Source: Giesbergeria sp.
GTDB lineage: Bacteria > Pseudomonadota > Gammaproteobacteria > Burkholderiales > Burkholderiaceae_C
NCBI GenBank assembly: GCA_017985015.1
Contig: JAGNYI010000005.1
Span: 21,041-85,040 of the forward strand
Length of the DNA stretch: 64,000 nucleotides
Direction: 5' to 3'
Shown: one piece after another, positions 53,142 through 62,502 of the stretch
Layout of the letters: the number at the start of each line of letters is the position of its first letter
Numbering within the stretch: position 1 is the stretch's first letter
Program-made: the position numbers and the translations under genes
Notes under the pieces: generated by a model
What the model saw: only the letters and a program-made list of their open reading frames with translations
Databases searched by the model: none
What the model was told of the DNA's origin: nothing

Positions 53142-54500
53142 CTATTCGGCGCTGGCCTGCTCGATCAGCTGGGCGGCGCTCAGCTGGGTGCGCATCAGCG
53201 CGGCCATGCGGTCAAACGCCGGGCGCGAAGCCGCAGAGATGGGGGCCGCTGCCTCGCTGGACTTGGCAATGGTCATCGGGTCTTGCTGCTTGCCGTCCAC
53301 GCGGAACTCAAAATGCAGGTGCGGGCCGGTGGCCCAGCCCGTGGAGCCTACGGCGCCAATGGTTTCGCCTTGCGAGACGGATTCGCCCTTCTTCACGTCA
53401 ATGCGGCTGAGGTGGGCGTACACCGTGACATGCTCTTTGCGGTGCTTGATGAAGATGACGTTGCCAAAGCCGTTCTGCACGCCTGCGAACTCGACAACGC
53501 CGTCGCCCACGGTCCGCACCGCGGTGCCGGTGGGGGCGGCAAAGTCGGTGCCCAGATGGGCTCTCCACTTCTGCAGGATGGGGTGAAAGCGCATCGCAAA
53601 ACCGCTCGAAACGCGCGAAAACTCCAGCGGTGCACTCAGGTAAGCGCGGCGCAGGCTGTCGCCTGCGAGGCTGTAGTAGGCGCCCTTGCTGCCAGCCTCC
53701 TGGAACCAGACGGCTTCGTGGCTCTTGCCGTTGTTGACGAACTCGGCGCTCAGCACGCGGCCGGTGCGCAGGGGTTCACCGTCGGCTTCCAGGGTTTCAT
53801 ACACCACGGAAAAGCGATCGCCCTTGCGCAACGCCCGGCGGAAATCGATGTCGCCCGAGAACAGCTCAGCGAGTTGCACGGCGATGGAATCGGGGATGTT
53901 TGAATCGTCCGTTGCGGCAAACAGCGAACTGCGGATCACGCCGCCCGCAAGGCGGCTTGTCGCCGCCAGCGGGGCCGATTCCAGGCGGGAGCTGAAATCT
54001 TCGCCCGTGCGCTCAACCACCAGGCGTTTGAACTGGCCGCTGTCGTCCGGGGCCCAGCGCGCCGTCAGGCGCACCAAGCGGTGGTCGTCGGTGGTTTCCG
54101 CCGTGATGGAGCGGCCACTGCGGCCAAGGAGGTTCTGGTGCACCTTGCCGTCTTTGCGCAGCCAGGCGGCTGCCGCCGGGTCGGCCACGCCCAGGCGCTG
54201 CAGCAAGGATTCGGCGGTGTCGCTGCTGCGCAGCTGCTCGCTGCGGTACAGCGTGAAGCCCGGCTGCTCGGTCAACTGCGCCAGCGTGGTGTCGCTGGCC
54301 AGTGATTGCACGGGCATGGCAATGCGCTGCTGCGGCAGGTCGGCCGCGTCGGGGCCGAGCGAGGCCACGGCAAAGGCGCCGCCACCTGCGGTCAGCAAGA
54401 GCGCAGCAAGGGCGGCTGTAAGGCGTTTGGGGTGGTTGCGCAGGCTGCGGGTTAGGTTCCCCAGCACGGCGCGGCTGGCATCGGTCAAGCCATTGGTCAA
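53142..54500 (-). CDS. M23 family peptidoglycan metalloendopeptidase
   Basis: C-terminal HLGTDFAAPTGT...GNVIFIKH...GSTGWATGPHLHFE motifs. Start uncertain: TTG at 54500 after a GGGGA RBS. The ORF extends to 54710. Confidence 0.7.
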   Translation of the reverse strand: MTNGLTDASRAVLGNLTRSLRNHPKRLTAALAALLLTAGGGAFAVASLGPDAADLPQQRIAMPVQSLASDTTLAQLTEQPGFTLYRSEQLRSSDTAESLLQRLGVADPAAAAWLRKDGKVHQNLLGRSGRSITAETTDDHRLVRLTARWAPDDSGQFKRLVVERTGEDFSSRLESAPLAATSRLAGGVIRSSLFAATDDSNIPDSIAVQLAELFSGDIDFRRALRKGDRFSVVYETLEADGEPLRTGRVLSAEFVNNGKSHEAVWFQEAGSKGAYYSLAGDSLRRAYLSAPLEFSRVSSGFAMRFHPILQKWRAHLGTDFAAPTGTAVRTVGDGVVEFAGVQNGFGNVIFIKHRKEHVTVYAHLSRIDVKKGESVSQGETIGAVGSTGWATGPHLHFEFRVDGKQQDPMTIAKSSEAAAPISAASRPAFDRMAALMRTQLSAAQLIEQASAE

Positions 54501-54701
54501 AATTCTGTCCCCAGGGTGGCGTGGGTCTGGCACGGCAGGCGACCGGTTGGGTCGAGGGCTTACCAAGGCGCACAAACTGTCAGGATGGCCGTCTGGCAGT
54601 GCAAACCAAGCCGCAAAAACGGGGTGGCTACTAGAATCCGCGACGGCGAGGTGGCACGCAGTATAGCCAACCGAACGCCCTAGGCACCCTTGAAAACCCT
54701 T

Positions 54702-55934
54702 ATGAATCATTCAGTTGTTACAACTTATCCGGTCACCGATGCTGTAGGACAAGCGCTGGAAGTGTCGCTGCGCGGCGTCGAAGAACTGCTGCCGCAGCAG
54801 GAGTGGGTGCAAAAACTGGCCCGTTCGCAGGCCACCGGCCAGTCGCTGCGCATCAAACTTGGCCTGGACCCGACGGCGCCCGACATCCACATCGGCCACA
54901 CCGTGGTGCTCAACAAGATGCGCCAGTTGCAGGATCTTGGGCACCAGGTGATCTTCCTGATCGGCGACTTCACCAGCCTGATTGGCGACCCATCGGGCCG
55001 CAACAGCACGCGCCCGCCTCTCACGTCCGAGCAGATCAAGGTAAACGCCGAAACCTATTACCGCCAGGCCAGCCTGGTGCTGGACCCGGGGCGCACCGAA
55101 ATTCGCTACAACAGCGAGTGGAGCGAGCCCCTGGGCGCCAGCGGCATGATTGCCCTGGCCGCCAAATACACGGTGGCGCGGATGATGGAGCGCGACGATT
55201 TCCACAAGCGCTTCACCAGCGGCCAGTCGATCAGCGTGCACGAATTTCTGTACCCGTTGATGCAGGGCTACGACTCGGTGGCGTTGAAGAGCGACCTGGA
55301 ACTCGGCGGCACCGACCAGAAGTTCAACCTGCTGATGGGCCGCCACCTGCAGCAGGAATACGGCCAGGAGCCGCAGTGCATTCTGACCATGCCCTTGCTC
55401 GAAGGCCTCGACGGCGTCGAGAAGATGAGCAAGAGCAAGAACAACTACATCGGCATCAGCGAGCCGGCGAACACCATGTTTGCCAAGGTGCTGTCGATTT
55501 CCGACACGCTGATGTGGCGCTGGTACACGCTGTTGTCGTTCCGCTCGCTGGCCGAGATCGCGCAGCTCAAGGCCGAGGTGGAAGGCGGGCGCAACCCCAA
55601 GGACGCCAAGGTGATGCTCGCCAAGGAGATCACCACGCGCTTTCACAGCGCCGCAGCGGCCGATGCGGCCGAGCAGGATTTCGCCAACCGCAGCAAGGGC
55701 GGCGTGCCGGACGACATCCCCGAAGTGCAGCTCGCGGGCGCGCCGCTGGGCATTGGCGCTTTGCTCAAGCAGGCCAACCTGGCGCCCTCGTCCAGCGAGG
55801 CCAACCGCCTGATTGACGGTGGCGGCGTGCGGGTGGATGGCAGCGTGGTGAGCGACCGGGGCCTGAAGCTGGCGGCGGGCAGCTACGTGGTGCAGGTGGG
55901 CAAGCGCAGGTTTGCGCGCGTGGTGCTCGCCTGA
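54702..55934 (+). CDS. tyrS: tyrosine--tRNA ligase (type 2)
   Basis: DIHIGH (HIGH) and KMSKS motifs. C-terminal S4-like domain. Confidence 0.95.
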   Translation: MNHSVVTTYPVTDAVGQALEVSLRGVEELLPQQEWVQKLARSQATGQSLRIKLGLDPTAPDIHIGHTVVLNKMRQLQDLGHQVIFLIGDFTSLIGDPSGRNSTRPPLTSEQIKVNAETYYRQASLVLDPGRTEIRYNSEWSEPLGASGMIALAAKYTVARMMERDDFHKRFTSGQSISVHEFLYPLMQGYDSVALKSDLELGGTDQKFNLLMGRHLQQEYGQEPQCILTMPLLEGLDGVEKMSKSKNNYIGISEPANTMFAKVLSISDTLMWRWYTLLSFRSLAEIAQLKAEVEGGRNPKDAKVMLAKEITTRFHSAAAADAAEQDFANRSKGGVPDDIPEVQLAGAPLGIGALLKQANLAPSSSEANRLIDGGGVRVDGSVVSDRGLKLAAGSYVVQVGKRRFARVVLA

Positions 55935-56012
55935 AATTCGCCGAATTTTTGGTTAAAAATGGCCTCTAGCGCTTATCTGGTAAGCATTTGAAGCTATTGA
56001 ATTAATAGCATC
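55935..56012 (-). repeat. F1 element copy I (the only inverted copy), fills the gap between two convergent stops
   Basis: Reverse complement reads GATGCTATTaattCAATAGCTTCAAATGCTTACCAGATAAGCGCTAGAGGCCATTTTTAACCAAAAATTCGGCG. Confidence 0.8.
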
Positions 56013-57015
56013 AATAAGGTGAGGCCAGTGTGTCCGGATCGGGCATGTCGCCAATGGCGCGGCGGGTGTTCTCGGCTTCCAGGGCCAGCCAGGCGCAAAA
56101 GGCCTGGATTTCGGGCCGCTGGCTGCTGCGCGGGCCGGTGAGCAGCCAGTAGGCCAGCGGCGAATCGAGCCGGTGGCCCGGCATCACCTCCACCAGGTCG
56201 CCCGAGGCCAGCGCATCGGCAATCAGCGGCATGCGCGCCAGCGCCAGGCCTTGGCCGGCGAGCGCTGCCTGCACGATCTGGTGCGCGTAGTTGAAATACA
56301 GCCAGCGCTTGGGTTGGAGCTGGCCGCAGCCCTGCGTATCGAACCAGCGCCGCCAGGTCAGCCATTCGAGATTCGCCGTACGGTGCGCGTCGCCCGCTTC
56401 AATCAGCGTAAAGCGCGCCATTTCAGCCGGCGTCTGCGGCGTCCCGCTGGCCTTGAGCAGCCAGGGGCTGGCGACCACGGCCAACTGCTCGCCGAACAGG
56501 CGCTGGCCACCCTGCATGCGGTGGCCGGGCAGGGTGTAGCGCAGGGCCAGGTCGACATCCGAGGTGTCCAGGTCCACTGGCAGGTCGCTGGCGTCGATGC
56601 GGATGTCGATGTCGGGGTTGTCGCGCTGGAAGGCCTCCATGCGCGGAATGAGCCACATCGAGGCAAAGCTGGCCCAGGTGGTGATGGCCACGCTTTTGCG
56701 CCCTGCACTCTGGCGCGCCAGGCGCACGGCGGCATCAATGCGTTCAATCGCTGGCGTGCAACTGCGCAGCAATTGGGCGCCGGAGCCGGTGAGCTCCACG
56801 GCCCGCGTATGGCGCAGAAACAGCGGCATGCCGATTTCGTCCTCCAGCGCCTGAATCTGGCGGCTGACGGCCGATTGGGTGAGCGACAGCGACTCGGCCG
56901 CTGCACGAAAGTTGAGCTGCTCGGCCACGGCCAGGAACGCGCGCCAATGGCCCAGCCCTACGGGGCGGCTGCGGGGCAGTGGGCGCGGGGAAGGCTGCTT
57001 GGGTGGGTTCGCCAT
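56011..57015 (-). CDS. LysR family transcriptional regulator
   Basis: N-terminal HTH FLAVAEQLNFRAAAESLSLTQSAVSRQIQALE. Full-length substrate-binding domain. Confidence 0.85.
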   Translation of the reverse strand: MANPPKQPSPRPLPRSRPVGLGHWRAFLAVAEQLNFRAAAESLSLTQSAVSRQIQALEDEIGMPLFLRHTRAVELTGSGAQLLRSCTPAIERIDAAVRLARQSAGRKSVAITTWASFASMWLIPRMEAFQRDNPDIDIRIDASDLPVDLDTSDVDLALRYTLPGHRMQGGQRLFGEQLAVVASPWLLKASGTPQTPAEMARFTLIEAGDAHRTANLEWLTWRRWFDTQGCGQLQPKRWLYFNYAHQIVQAALAGQGLALARMPLIADALASGDLVEVMPGHRLDSPLAYWLLTGPRSSQRPEIQAFCAWLALEAENTRRAIGDMPDPDTLASPY

Positions 57016-57026
57016 GGCGCCATTCT

Positions 57027-57049
57027 ATTGATGCGTCTTGCGCATCAAT
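57027..57049. promoter_or_regulatory. candidate LTTR operator (dyad containing T-N11-A)
   Basis: ATTGATGCGtcttgCGCATCAAT, a perfect 9-bp inverted repeat 12 bp upstream of the LysR start, in the divergent intergenic region. Confidence 0.4.
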
Positions 57050-57131
57050 GCGGCGATGCGTTTTCATTGGACGGACGGGGTCTGAACGCCGACCATGACA
57101 AACCTCACCACTGCATTTTCAGGAGCATCTC

Positions 57132-57497
57132 ATGTCCGCCCCCGCATCGTCGTTCCGCCCTGCAGCCTCCGCGTCTGCCCTGCCCACCACCGCCGCCGGG
57201 CAGCGCCTGGCGCCGGGAGAGGTGACCCGGCTGTCGGCGCCGCGCGCGCAGTTGCTGCGCATCGATTCGGGCTGTGCGTGGCTCACGTTTGGCCGCGGTC
57301 CGTTCGAGCCGGGGGGGTCGCGTGCGGGCGATGTCTTCTTGTGCGCCGGCCAGACGCTGCGCGTGCTGGCCGGCTCTCGCGTGCTGATCGAGGCGGCGCG
57401 TGGCATGGAGCTGCGCTTTGCCTGGCAACGGCCCGATGCCGTGCAGCGCCAGGTGCTGCGCCGCGCGCCTGCTTGCGCACCGGCGGCAAGCTGCTGA
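57132..57497 (+). CDS. hypothetical protein, DUF2917-like
   Basis: 121-aa ORF divergent from the LysR gene. LRIDSGCAWLTF...GDVFLCAGQTL pattern as I recall for DUF2917. Confidence 0.4.
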   Translation: MSAPASSFRPAASASALPTTAAGQRLAPGEVTRLSAPRAQLLRIDSGCAWLTFGRGPFEPGGSRAGDVFLCAGQTLRVLAGSRVLIEAARGMELRFAWQRPDAVQRQVLRRAPACAPAASC

Positions 57498-57575
57498 GCC
57501 AGCCCATCGGCCCCAACGGGCGGCGGGGATAATGCGCTGTGAGGCCGGGCGCCGCCCGGTGCATAGACGCGAAGC

Positions 57576-59006
57576 ATGAACCCCATTGACATCGTGATCA
57601 TGGCTGCCGGCAAGGGCACGCGCATGAAAAGCCGCCTTCCCAAGGTCCTGCAGCGCCTGGCAGGCCGCCCGCTGCTGCAGCATGTGCTGGGCCAGGCGAG
57701 CGCACTGGGTGCGCGCAGCGCCATCGTCGTCACCGGCCATGGTGCTATGGAAGTAGAAGCTGCTTGCGCAGGTGCGATAAGCGCTGGAGGCCAATTTGAC
57801 CTGAAATTCGTGCGCCAGGAGCCGCAGCTGGGCACCGGCCATGCCGTGCAGCAGGCGGCGCCGCTGTTGCAGGACGACGGCACCGTCGTCGTGCTCTCGG
57901 GCGACGTGCCGCTGACGCAGCCGGGCACCGTGCGCGCCCTGGTGCAGGCCAGCGCTGACGAAGCACTGGCGCTGCTCACCGTGCGTCTGCCCGACCCCAA
58001 GGGCTATGGCCGCATCGTGCGCGGTGCAGATGGATTGGTGCGCGGCATCGTCGAAGAAAAAGATGCGAGCGACGCCGAGCGCACCATTACCGAGGTCTAC
58101 AGCGGCATCCTCGCTGTGCCCGCGCGCCTGCTGCTGCAGTGGCTGCCGCGCCTGTCCAACCAGAACGCCCAGGGCGAGTACTACCTGACCGAGGTGGTGG
58201 CCATGGCTGTGGCGCAGGGCGTGCCGGTGACCACGCACACCATCGACGACGCGGTGCAGGTGGCAGGCGTCAACAGCCCGGCGCAACTGGCCGAGCTGGA
58301 GCGCGCCCACCAGAGCCGCGCCGCCATCCAACTGATGGAGCAGGGCGTGCGCCTGTCTGATCCTGCACGCTTTGACCTGCGCGACGACGCGCGCAGCGGC
58401 GCGCGCGCCGAACTGGTGTGCGCGCAGGATGTGGAAATCGACGTCGGCTGCCTCTTCACCGGCCGGGTCGAACTGGGCGAGGGCGTGCGCATCGGCGCCT
58501 ATTGCTGCATTGCCAATGCGTCGATTGCCGCCGCAGCCGTGATCCACCCGTTCACGCACATTGACGGCGAAGCGGCCGGTGTGCAGGTGGGCGAGGGCGC
58601 GTTGGTCGGCCCCTTTGCCCGGCTGCGCCCCGGTGCCCAGCTCGGGCGCGGGGTGCACATTGGCAATTTCGTCGAAGTGAAAAACAGCCAGTTGGCCGAC
58701 GGCGCCAAGGCCAACCACCTGGCCTATCTGGGCGACGCCACGGTGGGCGAGCGCGTGAACTACGGCGCCGGCAGCATCACCGCCAACTACGACGGGGCCA
58801 ACAAGCACCGCACGGTGATTGAGGCCGACGTGCACATCGGCAGCAACTGCGTGCTGGTGGCGCCGGTTACCGTGGGCGCGGGCGCCACGGTGGGTGGCGG
58901 CTCGACCATCAGCAAGGACGTACCCGCCGGGGCGCTGAGCGTGGCGCGCGGACGGCAAACCAACATCACCGGCTGGAAACGGCCGGCCAAGAAACCCGCG
59001 CCCTGA
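57576..59006 (+). CDS. glmU: bifunctional UDP-N-acetylglucosamine pyrophosphorylase / glucosamine-1-phosphate N-acetyltransferase, with an in-frame F1 insertion
   Basis: MAAGKGTRMKS, QLGTGHAV and the left-handed beta-helix hexapeptide C-terminal domain. Confidence 0.95.
   Translation: MNPIDIVIMAAGKGTRMKSRLPKVLQRLAGRPLLQHVLGQASALGARSAIVVTGHGAMEVEAACAGAISAGGQFDLKFVRQEPQLGTGHAVQQAAPLLQDDGTVVVLSGDVPLTQPGTVRALVQASADEALALLTVRLPDPKGYGRIVRGADGLVRGIVEEKDASDAERTITEVYSGILAVPARLLLQWLPRLSNQNAQGEYYLTEVVAMAVAQGVPVTTHTIDDAVQVAGVNSPAQLAELERAHQSRAAIQLMEQGVRLSDPARFDLRDDARSGARAELVCAQDVEIDVGCLFTGRVELGEGVRIGAYCCIANASIAAAAVIHPFTHIDGEAAGVQVGEGALVGPFARLRPGAQLGRGVHIGNFVEVKNSQLADGAKANHLAYLGDATVGERVNYGAGSITANYDGANKHRTVIEADVHIGSNCVLVAPVTVGAGATVGGGSTISKDVPAGALSVARGRQTNITGWKRPAKKPAP
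57743..57810 (+). repeat. F1 element copy J (forward, in-frame in glmU)
   Basis: GTGCTATGGAAGTAGAAGCTGCTTGCGCAGGTGCGATAAGCGCTGGAGGCCAATTTGACCTGAAATTC. Encodes AMEVEAACAGAISAGGQFDLKF. Confidence 0.85.
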
Positions 59007-59032
59007 AAGCGGCGCGCCGAAGGAGCGAGAGC

Positions 59033-59839
59033 ATGACCGGCACCGCACCCGAAGGTTTTTCGTCTGTCCCCGCCCTGGGCGGCGCGCCCGCGCAGGGAAC
59101 TCAGGAAGCGCAGGGCATGCAAGAACTGGCGCGCCTGCGCACGGCGCACCAGGACTTGCTGCGTGCCATTTCGCACGATTTGCGTGCGCCGCTGCGCCAT
59201 GTGACGGCGTTTGCGCCGCTGTTACGCGAAATTGTCGAGCCCGCCGCCTTGCCTGCGGCCGAGCATGCCGAGGCGCTGGAGTTCCTGAGCACCATCGAGC
59301 AGGCGGGCCAGCGCATGGGCCGCATGATCGACGGCTTGCTTGCGCTCTCGCGCATCCAGGCGGCGGCGCTGCGCGTTGAGGCGGTGGACCTGGCCCGCTT
59401 GGTGCCGCAGGTGGTGGATGCGCTGGCGCCCGCCGCAGCTGGCCGAAGTATCGATTGGCGCCTGGGGCCCGAGCTGGGCGTGGTGCAGGCCGACGAGGCG
59501 CTGCTGCGCCAGTTGCTCAAGGAGCTGCTGGCCAATGCGATCAAGTTCACCCGCAACACGCCTGCACCGTGCATTGCGGTGCGCGCCGCGCGCAGTGGCA
59601 GTGAGAGTGGCACGGGCGCCTGGACGCTGCAGGTGCAGGACAACGGTGCGGGGTTTGATGGGGCGCAGGCCCATGGGCTGTTTGCCATGTTCCAGCGCCT
59701 GCACCCCGAGCGCGAATTCGAGGGCGTGGGCGCGGGCCTGGCCATCGTGCGGGCGGTGGCGCAGCGCCATGGTGGCGGCGTCAGCGCGCAGGCCGCGCCG
59801 GGTGACGGCTGCACGGTGGAAGTGGTCTGGCCGGGGTGA
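59033..59839 (+). CDS. soluble histidine kinase without a recognisable sensor domain
   Basis: HisKA ISHDLRAPL. HATPase boxes LLANAIKF, DNGAGF and GVGAGLAIV. No TM segment. Confidence 0.75.
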   Translation: MTGTAPEGFSSVPALGGAPAQGTQEAQGMQELARLRTAHQDLLRAISHDLRAPLRHVTAFAPLLREIVEPAALPAAEHAEALEFLSTIEQAGQRMGRMIDGLLALSRIQAAALRVEAVDLARLVPQVVDALAPAAAGRSIDWRLGPELGVVQADEALLRQLLKELLANAIKFTRNTPAPCIAVRAARSGSESGTGAWTLQVQDNGAGFDGAQAHGLFAMFQRLHPEREFEGVGAGLAIVRAVAQRHGGGVSAQAAPGDGCTVEVVWPG

Positions 59840-59852
59840 CCTTTGCCGTCTG

Positions 59853-59925
59853 AGTGCTATTGAATAAATAGCTGCTGACGCTTGTGAAATAAGCGTTGGA
59901 TGCCAAAAATATCAAAAATATTTTC
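59853..59925 (+). repeat. F1 element copy K (forward), between convergent genes
   Basis: AGTGCTATTgaataAATAGCTGCTGACGCTTGTGAAATAAGCGTTGGATGCCAAAAATATCAAAAATATTTTCGG. Confidence 0.8.
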
Positions 59926-59931
59926 GGCGCA

Positions 59932-61041
59932 TCAGCCCAACACGGGCCTGCCCTCCGCCGCGTGCGGCTGGCTGCCACGGGGTTCAACGGCCACACGATT
60001 TCGCCCGCCGTGTTTGGCGCGGTACATGGCCATGTCGGCGGTATTGAGCCAGTCGCGCAGCGTCAGGTGGCTGCTTTGCGCCTGCGCCATGCCGATGCTG
60101 CTGGTCAGCTGCAGCTCGGGCAGTTCGGGCAGGCGCAGCGCAGCGATGCGTTCGCGAATGCGCTGCGCAATGGCCAGGGCATGGGCTTCGTCGGTGTCGG
60201 CGCAGACCACGGCAAACTCGTCGCCGCCGTAGCGCCCGGCGCAGTCGGCCTCGCGCACGGATTCGCGGATGACTTCGCCCACCACCCGAATCGCTTCGTC
60301 GCCCACGGTGTGGCCGTGCACGTCGTTGATGGGTTTGAAGTGGTCGATGTCGATCATCAGCAGCCAGGCTGGCCGGTCGCTGCTGCGCGCGCCCTCCAGC
60401 ACGGCCTGGGCTTGCTCCTGCCAGTGTGCGCGGGCGAACAGGCCGGTCTGCGCATCGCGCTGGCGCAACTCCTTCAACTGCTGGTTTTGCCTCGCCACGG
60501 TGCGAATCAGCCGGTAGCTCGTAAAGCCCACCGCCAGACTGTGCAGCGCAATCACCGGCAACGTGGCGATGATGACCGGCAGCGAGCTGGCCAGCACCGG
60601 CTCGGGCCGCAGGACCAGCGTGCCCAGCACTGCCATGCCGACCATGCCGGGCAGCGAATACAGCCACAGCCGCTTGATGCCGGTGCCGAACTTGTCGTGC
60701 GTCGTGATGACCGCCAGCACCACGCAAGGCAGCAGGTTGAAGTGCATCAGCGGAATCCACAGGCCGACGATGGCCGAGTCGATCAGCAGGTTGCGGACTT
60801 CAGCGCGGTAGGGGTCGCGGCTGGTGCGCGCGTGCAGATAGGCCAGGTGCGGCCACAGCACCATGGTGAGGAGTGACACCCAGCCAAAGCGCGCCAGATC
60901 GCCGGTCTGGATCAGCACGCTGCAGGTCACCCAAAACCCCAACCCCATTCCCAATATGCGCAACGGGTAAATGCTGCGATAGGTGTTTGCGCGCGCGCTG
61001 GCGCCGCGGTGCCTGGGGGCAGACGGCGGGGGAGCTGTCAT
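59932..61041 (-). CDS. membrane-bound diguanylate cyclase (GGDEF)
   Basis: Six-helix N-terminal domain and RYGGDEF active site. ATGA overlap with the cbpM stop. Confidence 0.8.
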   Translation of the reverse strand: MTAPPPSAPRHRGASARANTYRSIYPLRILGMGLGFWVTCSVLIQTGDLARFGWVSLLTMVLWPHLAYLHARTSRDPYRAEVRNLLIDSAIVGLWIPLMHFNLLPCVVLAVITTHDKFGTGIKRLWLYSLPGMVGMAVLGTLVLRPEPVLASSLPVIIATLPVIALHSLAVGFTSYRLIRTVARQNQQLKELRQRDAQTGLFARAHWQEQAQAVLEGARSSDRPAWLLMIDIDHFKPINDVHGHTVGDEAIRVVGEVIRESVREADCAGRYGGDEFAVVCADTDEAHALAIAQRIRERIAALRLPELPELQLTSSIGMAQAQSSHLTLRDWLNTADMAMYRAKHGGRNRVAVEPRGSQPHAAEGRPVLG

Positions 61042-61382
61042 GACCCAGGCACGGGAGGCCGCAGTTGCCGCAGCTGGTGGCGCAGCTCGGCCACTTCCTC
61101 CATCAAATCCACGGTGAGCGCCGCCAGATGCGGATCGGCGTCAAACGAGGCTTCCAGGTCTGCCACGCGGCGGGCGCGAACCAGTGTGGTGCTGGCAAAG
61201 CGCCAGGTGACCAGCCCGCCCCTTGCTGTGTCGGCGGGATGGGGGGCGATGACGCCGGCTTCGACGTGTTCGCTCACCCATTCGGGTGCACGGCGGCAGG
61301 CGCGAGCCAGTTCTTCGAGGCTCAAACTGTCGTCGCCCAGCAGTTCGGCCATCTGGGCGGGGAGGTGAAAGGCATGGGGCAT
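61038..61382 (-). CDS. cbpM: chaperone modulator CbpM (MerR-like)
   Basis: Small protein immediately downstream of cbpA. LSLEELARACRRAPEWVSEHVEAGVI. Confidence 0.7.
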   Translation of the reverse strand: MPHAFHLPAQMAELLGDDSLSLEELARACRRAPEWVSEHVEAGVIAPHPADTARGGLVTWRFASTTLVRARRVADLEASFDADPHLAALTVDLMEEVAELRHQLRQLRPPVPGS

Positions 61383-61385
61383 GGC

Positions 61386-62387
61386 TCAGGCTCCTTGCTG
61401 AGTTTGCGAGATGGTGCGCGGGTTGAACGTGGGGAAGGCTTTGCCAAGCGCTGTCCAGGCAGCGCGCGCGGCGTCGCTGTCGGCCGGTGGCAGGGCAATG
61501 TCGACTTCCAGGTACAGATCCCCCGGTGTTGCCGAGGGAATGCCACGGCCCTTGAGGCGGAGCTTCCGCCCCGCGCGTGAGCGCGCCGGCACAGTCACTT
61601 CGACGGTGCCGCTGGGCGTGTGCACCTCGACGCTGGCGCCCAGCGCTGCTTCCCACGGCGCGAGCGGCAAGGGCTGGTAGACGTCGCGGTCCACGCTGCG
61701 CCAGCGTGCATCGGGCCGGAAGTGCACTTCCAGGAACAGATCGCCCGCCGGCGCGTCGCCCATGCCCGGCGCGCCCTGGCCGGCGAGGCGAATGAGCTGG
61801 CCTTCGCGCACGCCCTTGGGAATTTTTACTTCGAGATTGCGCTCCTCGCTCACCATGCGCCCGTCCGGGCCGGGGCGCGCGGCGCGCAGCGACAGCGTGC
61901 GCGTGCCGCCCTGGTAGGCGTCGAGCAGGTCGAGCTCGATCTTGGCGTGGTGGTCGCTTCCGCGCCGGGCCGCATGGCCGCCGCCTTGACCAAACCCACC
62001 TGCACTGCCTGCACCGCCGCGCTGGCGCGCAGCCTGGCCAAAGAGCTGCTCGAAGAAGTCGCTGTAGTCGCCACCGCCGCCACCTTCAGATGGGCCGCCC
62101 GAGAATTCAAAACCCGTATCCCAGCCCGGTGGTGGGCGAAACTCGCCGCCGCCGCGTGCGCCCTGGGCCGCCGCCTGCGCGCTGACGCTGTCGTAGGCGG
62201 CGCGCTTTTCCGGGTCGGAGAGCACGGTGTTGGCCTCGTTCAGCTGGGCCATCTTGGCGGCAGCGTCCGCCTCTTTGCTCACGTCGGGGTGGTACTTGCG
62301 CGCCAGCTTGCGAAACGCCTTTTTGATCTCATCCTGGCTGGCGCTTTTCTCTACGCCCAGCGTCTGGTAGTAATCCTTGAATTCCAT
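61386..62387 (-). CDS. cbpA: curved-DNA-binding DnaJ-class co-chaperone
   Basis: J domain MEFKDYYQTLGVEKSASQDEIKKAFRKLARKYHPD. Gly-rich linker. No Zn finger. ATG at 62387. Confidence 0.85.
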   Translation of the reverse strand: MEFKDYYQTLGVEKSASQDEIKKAFRKLARKYHPDVSKEADAAAKMAQLNEANTVLSDPEKRAAYDSVSAQAAAQGARGGGEFRPPPGWDTGFEFSGGPSEGGGGGDYSDFFEQLFGQAARQRGGAGSAGGFGQGGGHAARRGSDHHAKIELDLLDAYQGGTRTLSLRAARPGPDGRMVSEERNLEVKIPKGVREGQLIRLAGQGAPGMGDAPAGDLFLEVHFRPDARWRSVDRDVYQPLPLAPWEAALGASVEVHTPSGTVEVTVPARSRAGRKLRLKGRGIPSATPGDLYLEVDIALPPADSDAARAAWTALGKAFPTFNPRTISQTQQGA

Positions 62388-62471
62388 TCGGCAGGACTCC
62401 GGGTTGGGGTGGCTCAGGCCATAGTGTGAACTAGGCGCTTTGCGCTGCACGTCGGACAGTGTCTCAGAGTG

Positions 62472-62502
62472 AGAAAATCTTGATAGCGGCAAGCGCTTAC
62501 TG
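62472..62502 (+). repeat. F1 element copy L (truncated; provides the Lrp stop codon)
   Basis: AGAAAATCTTGATAGCGGCAAGCGCTTACTG. Confidence 0.55.
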
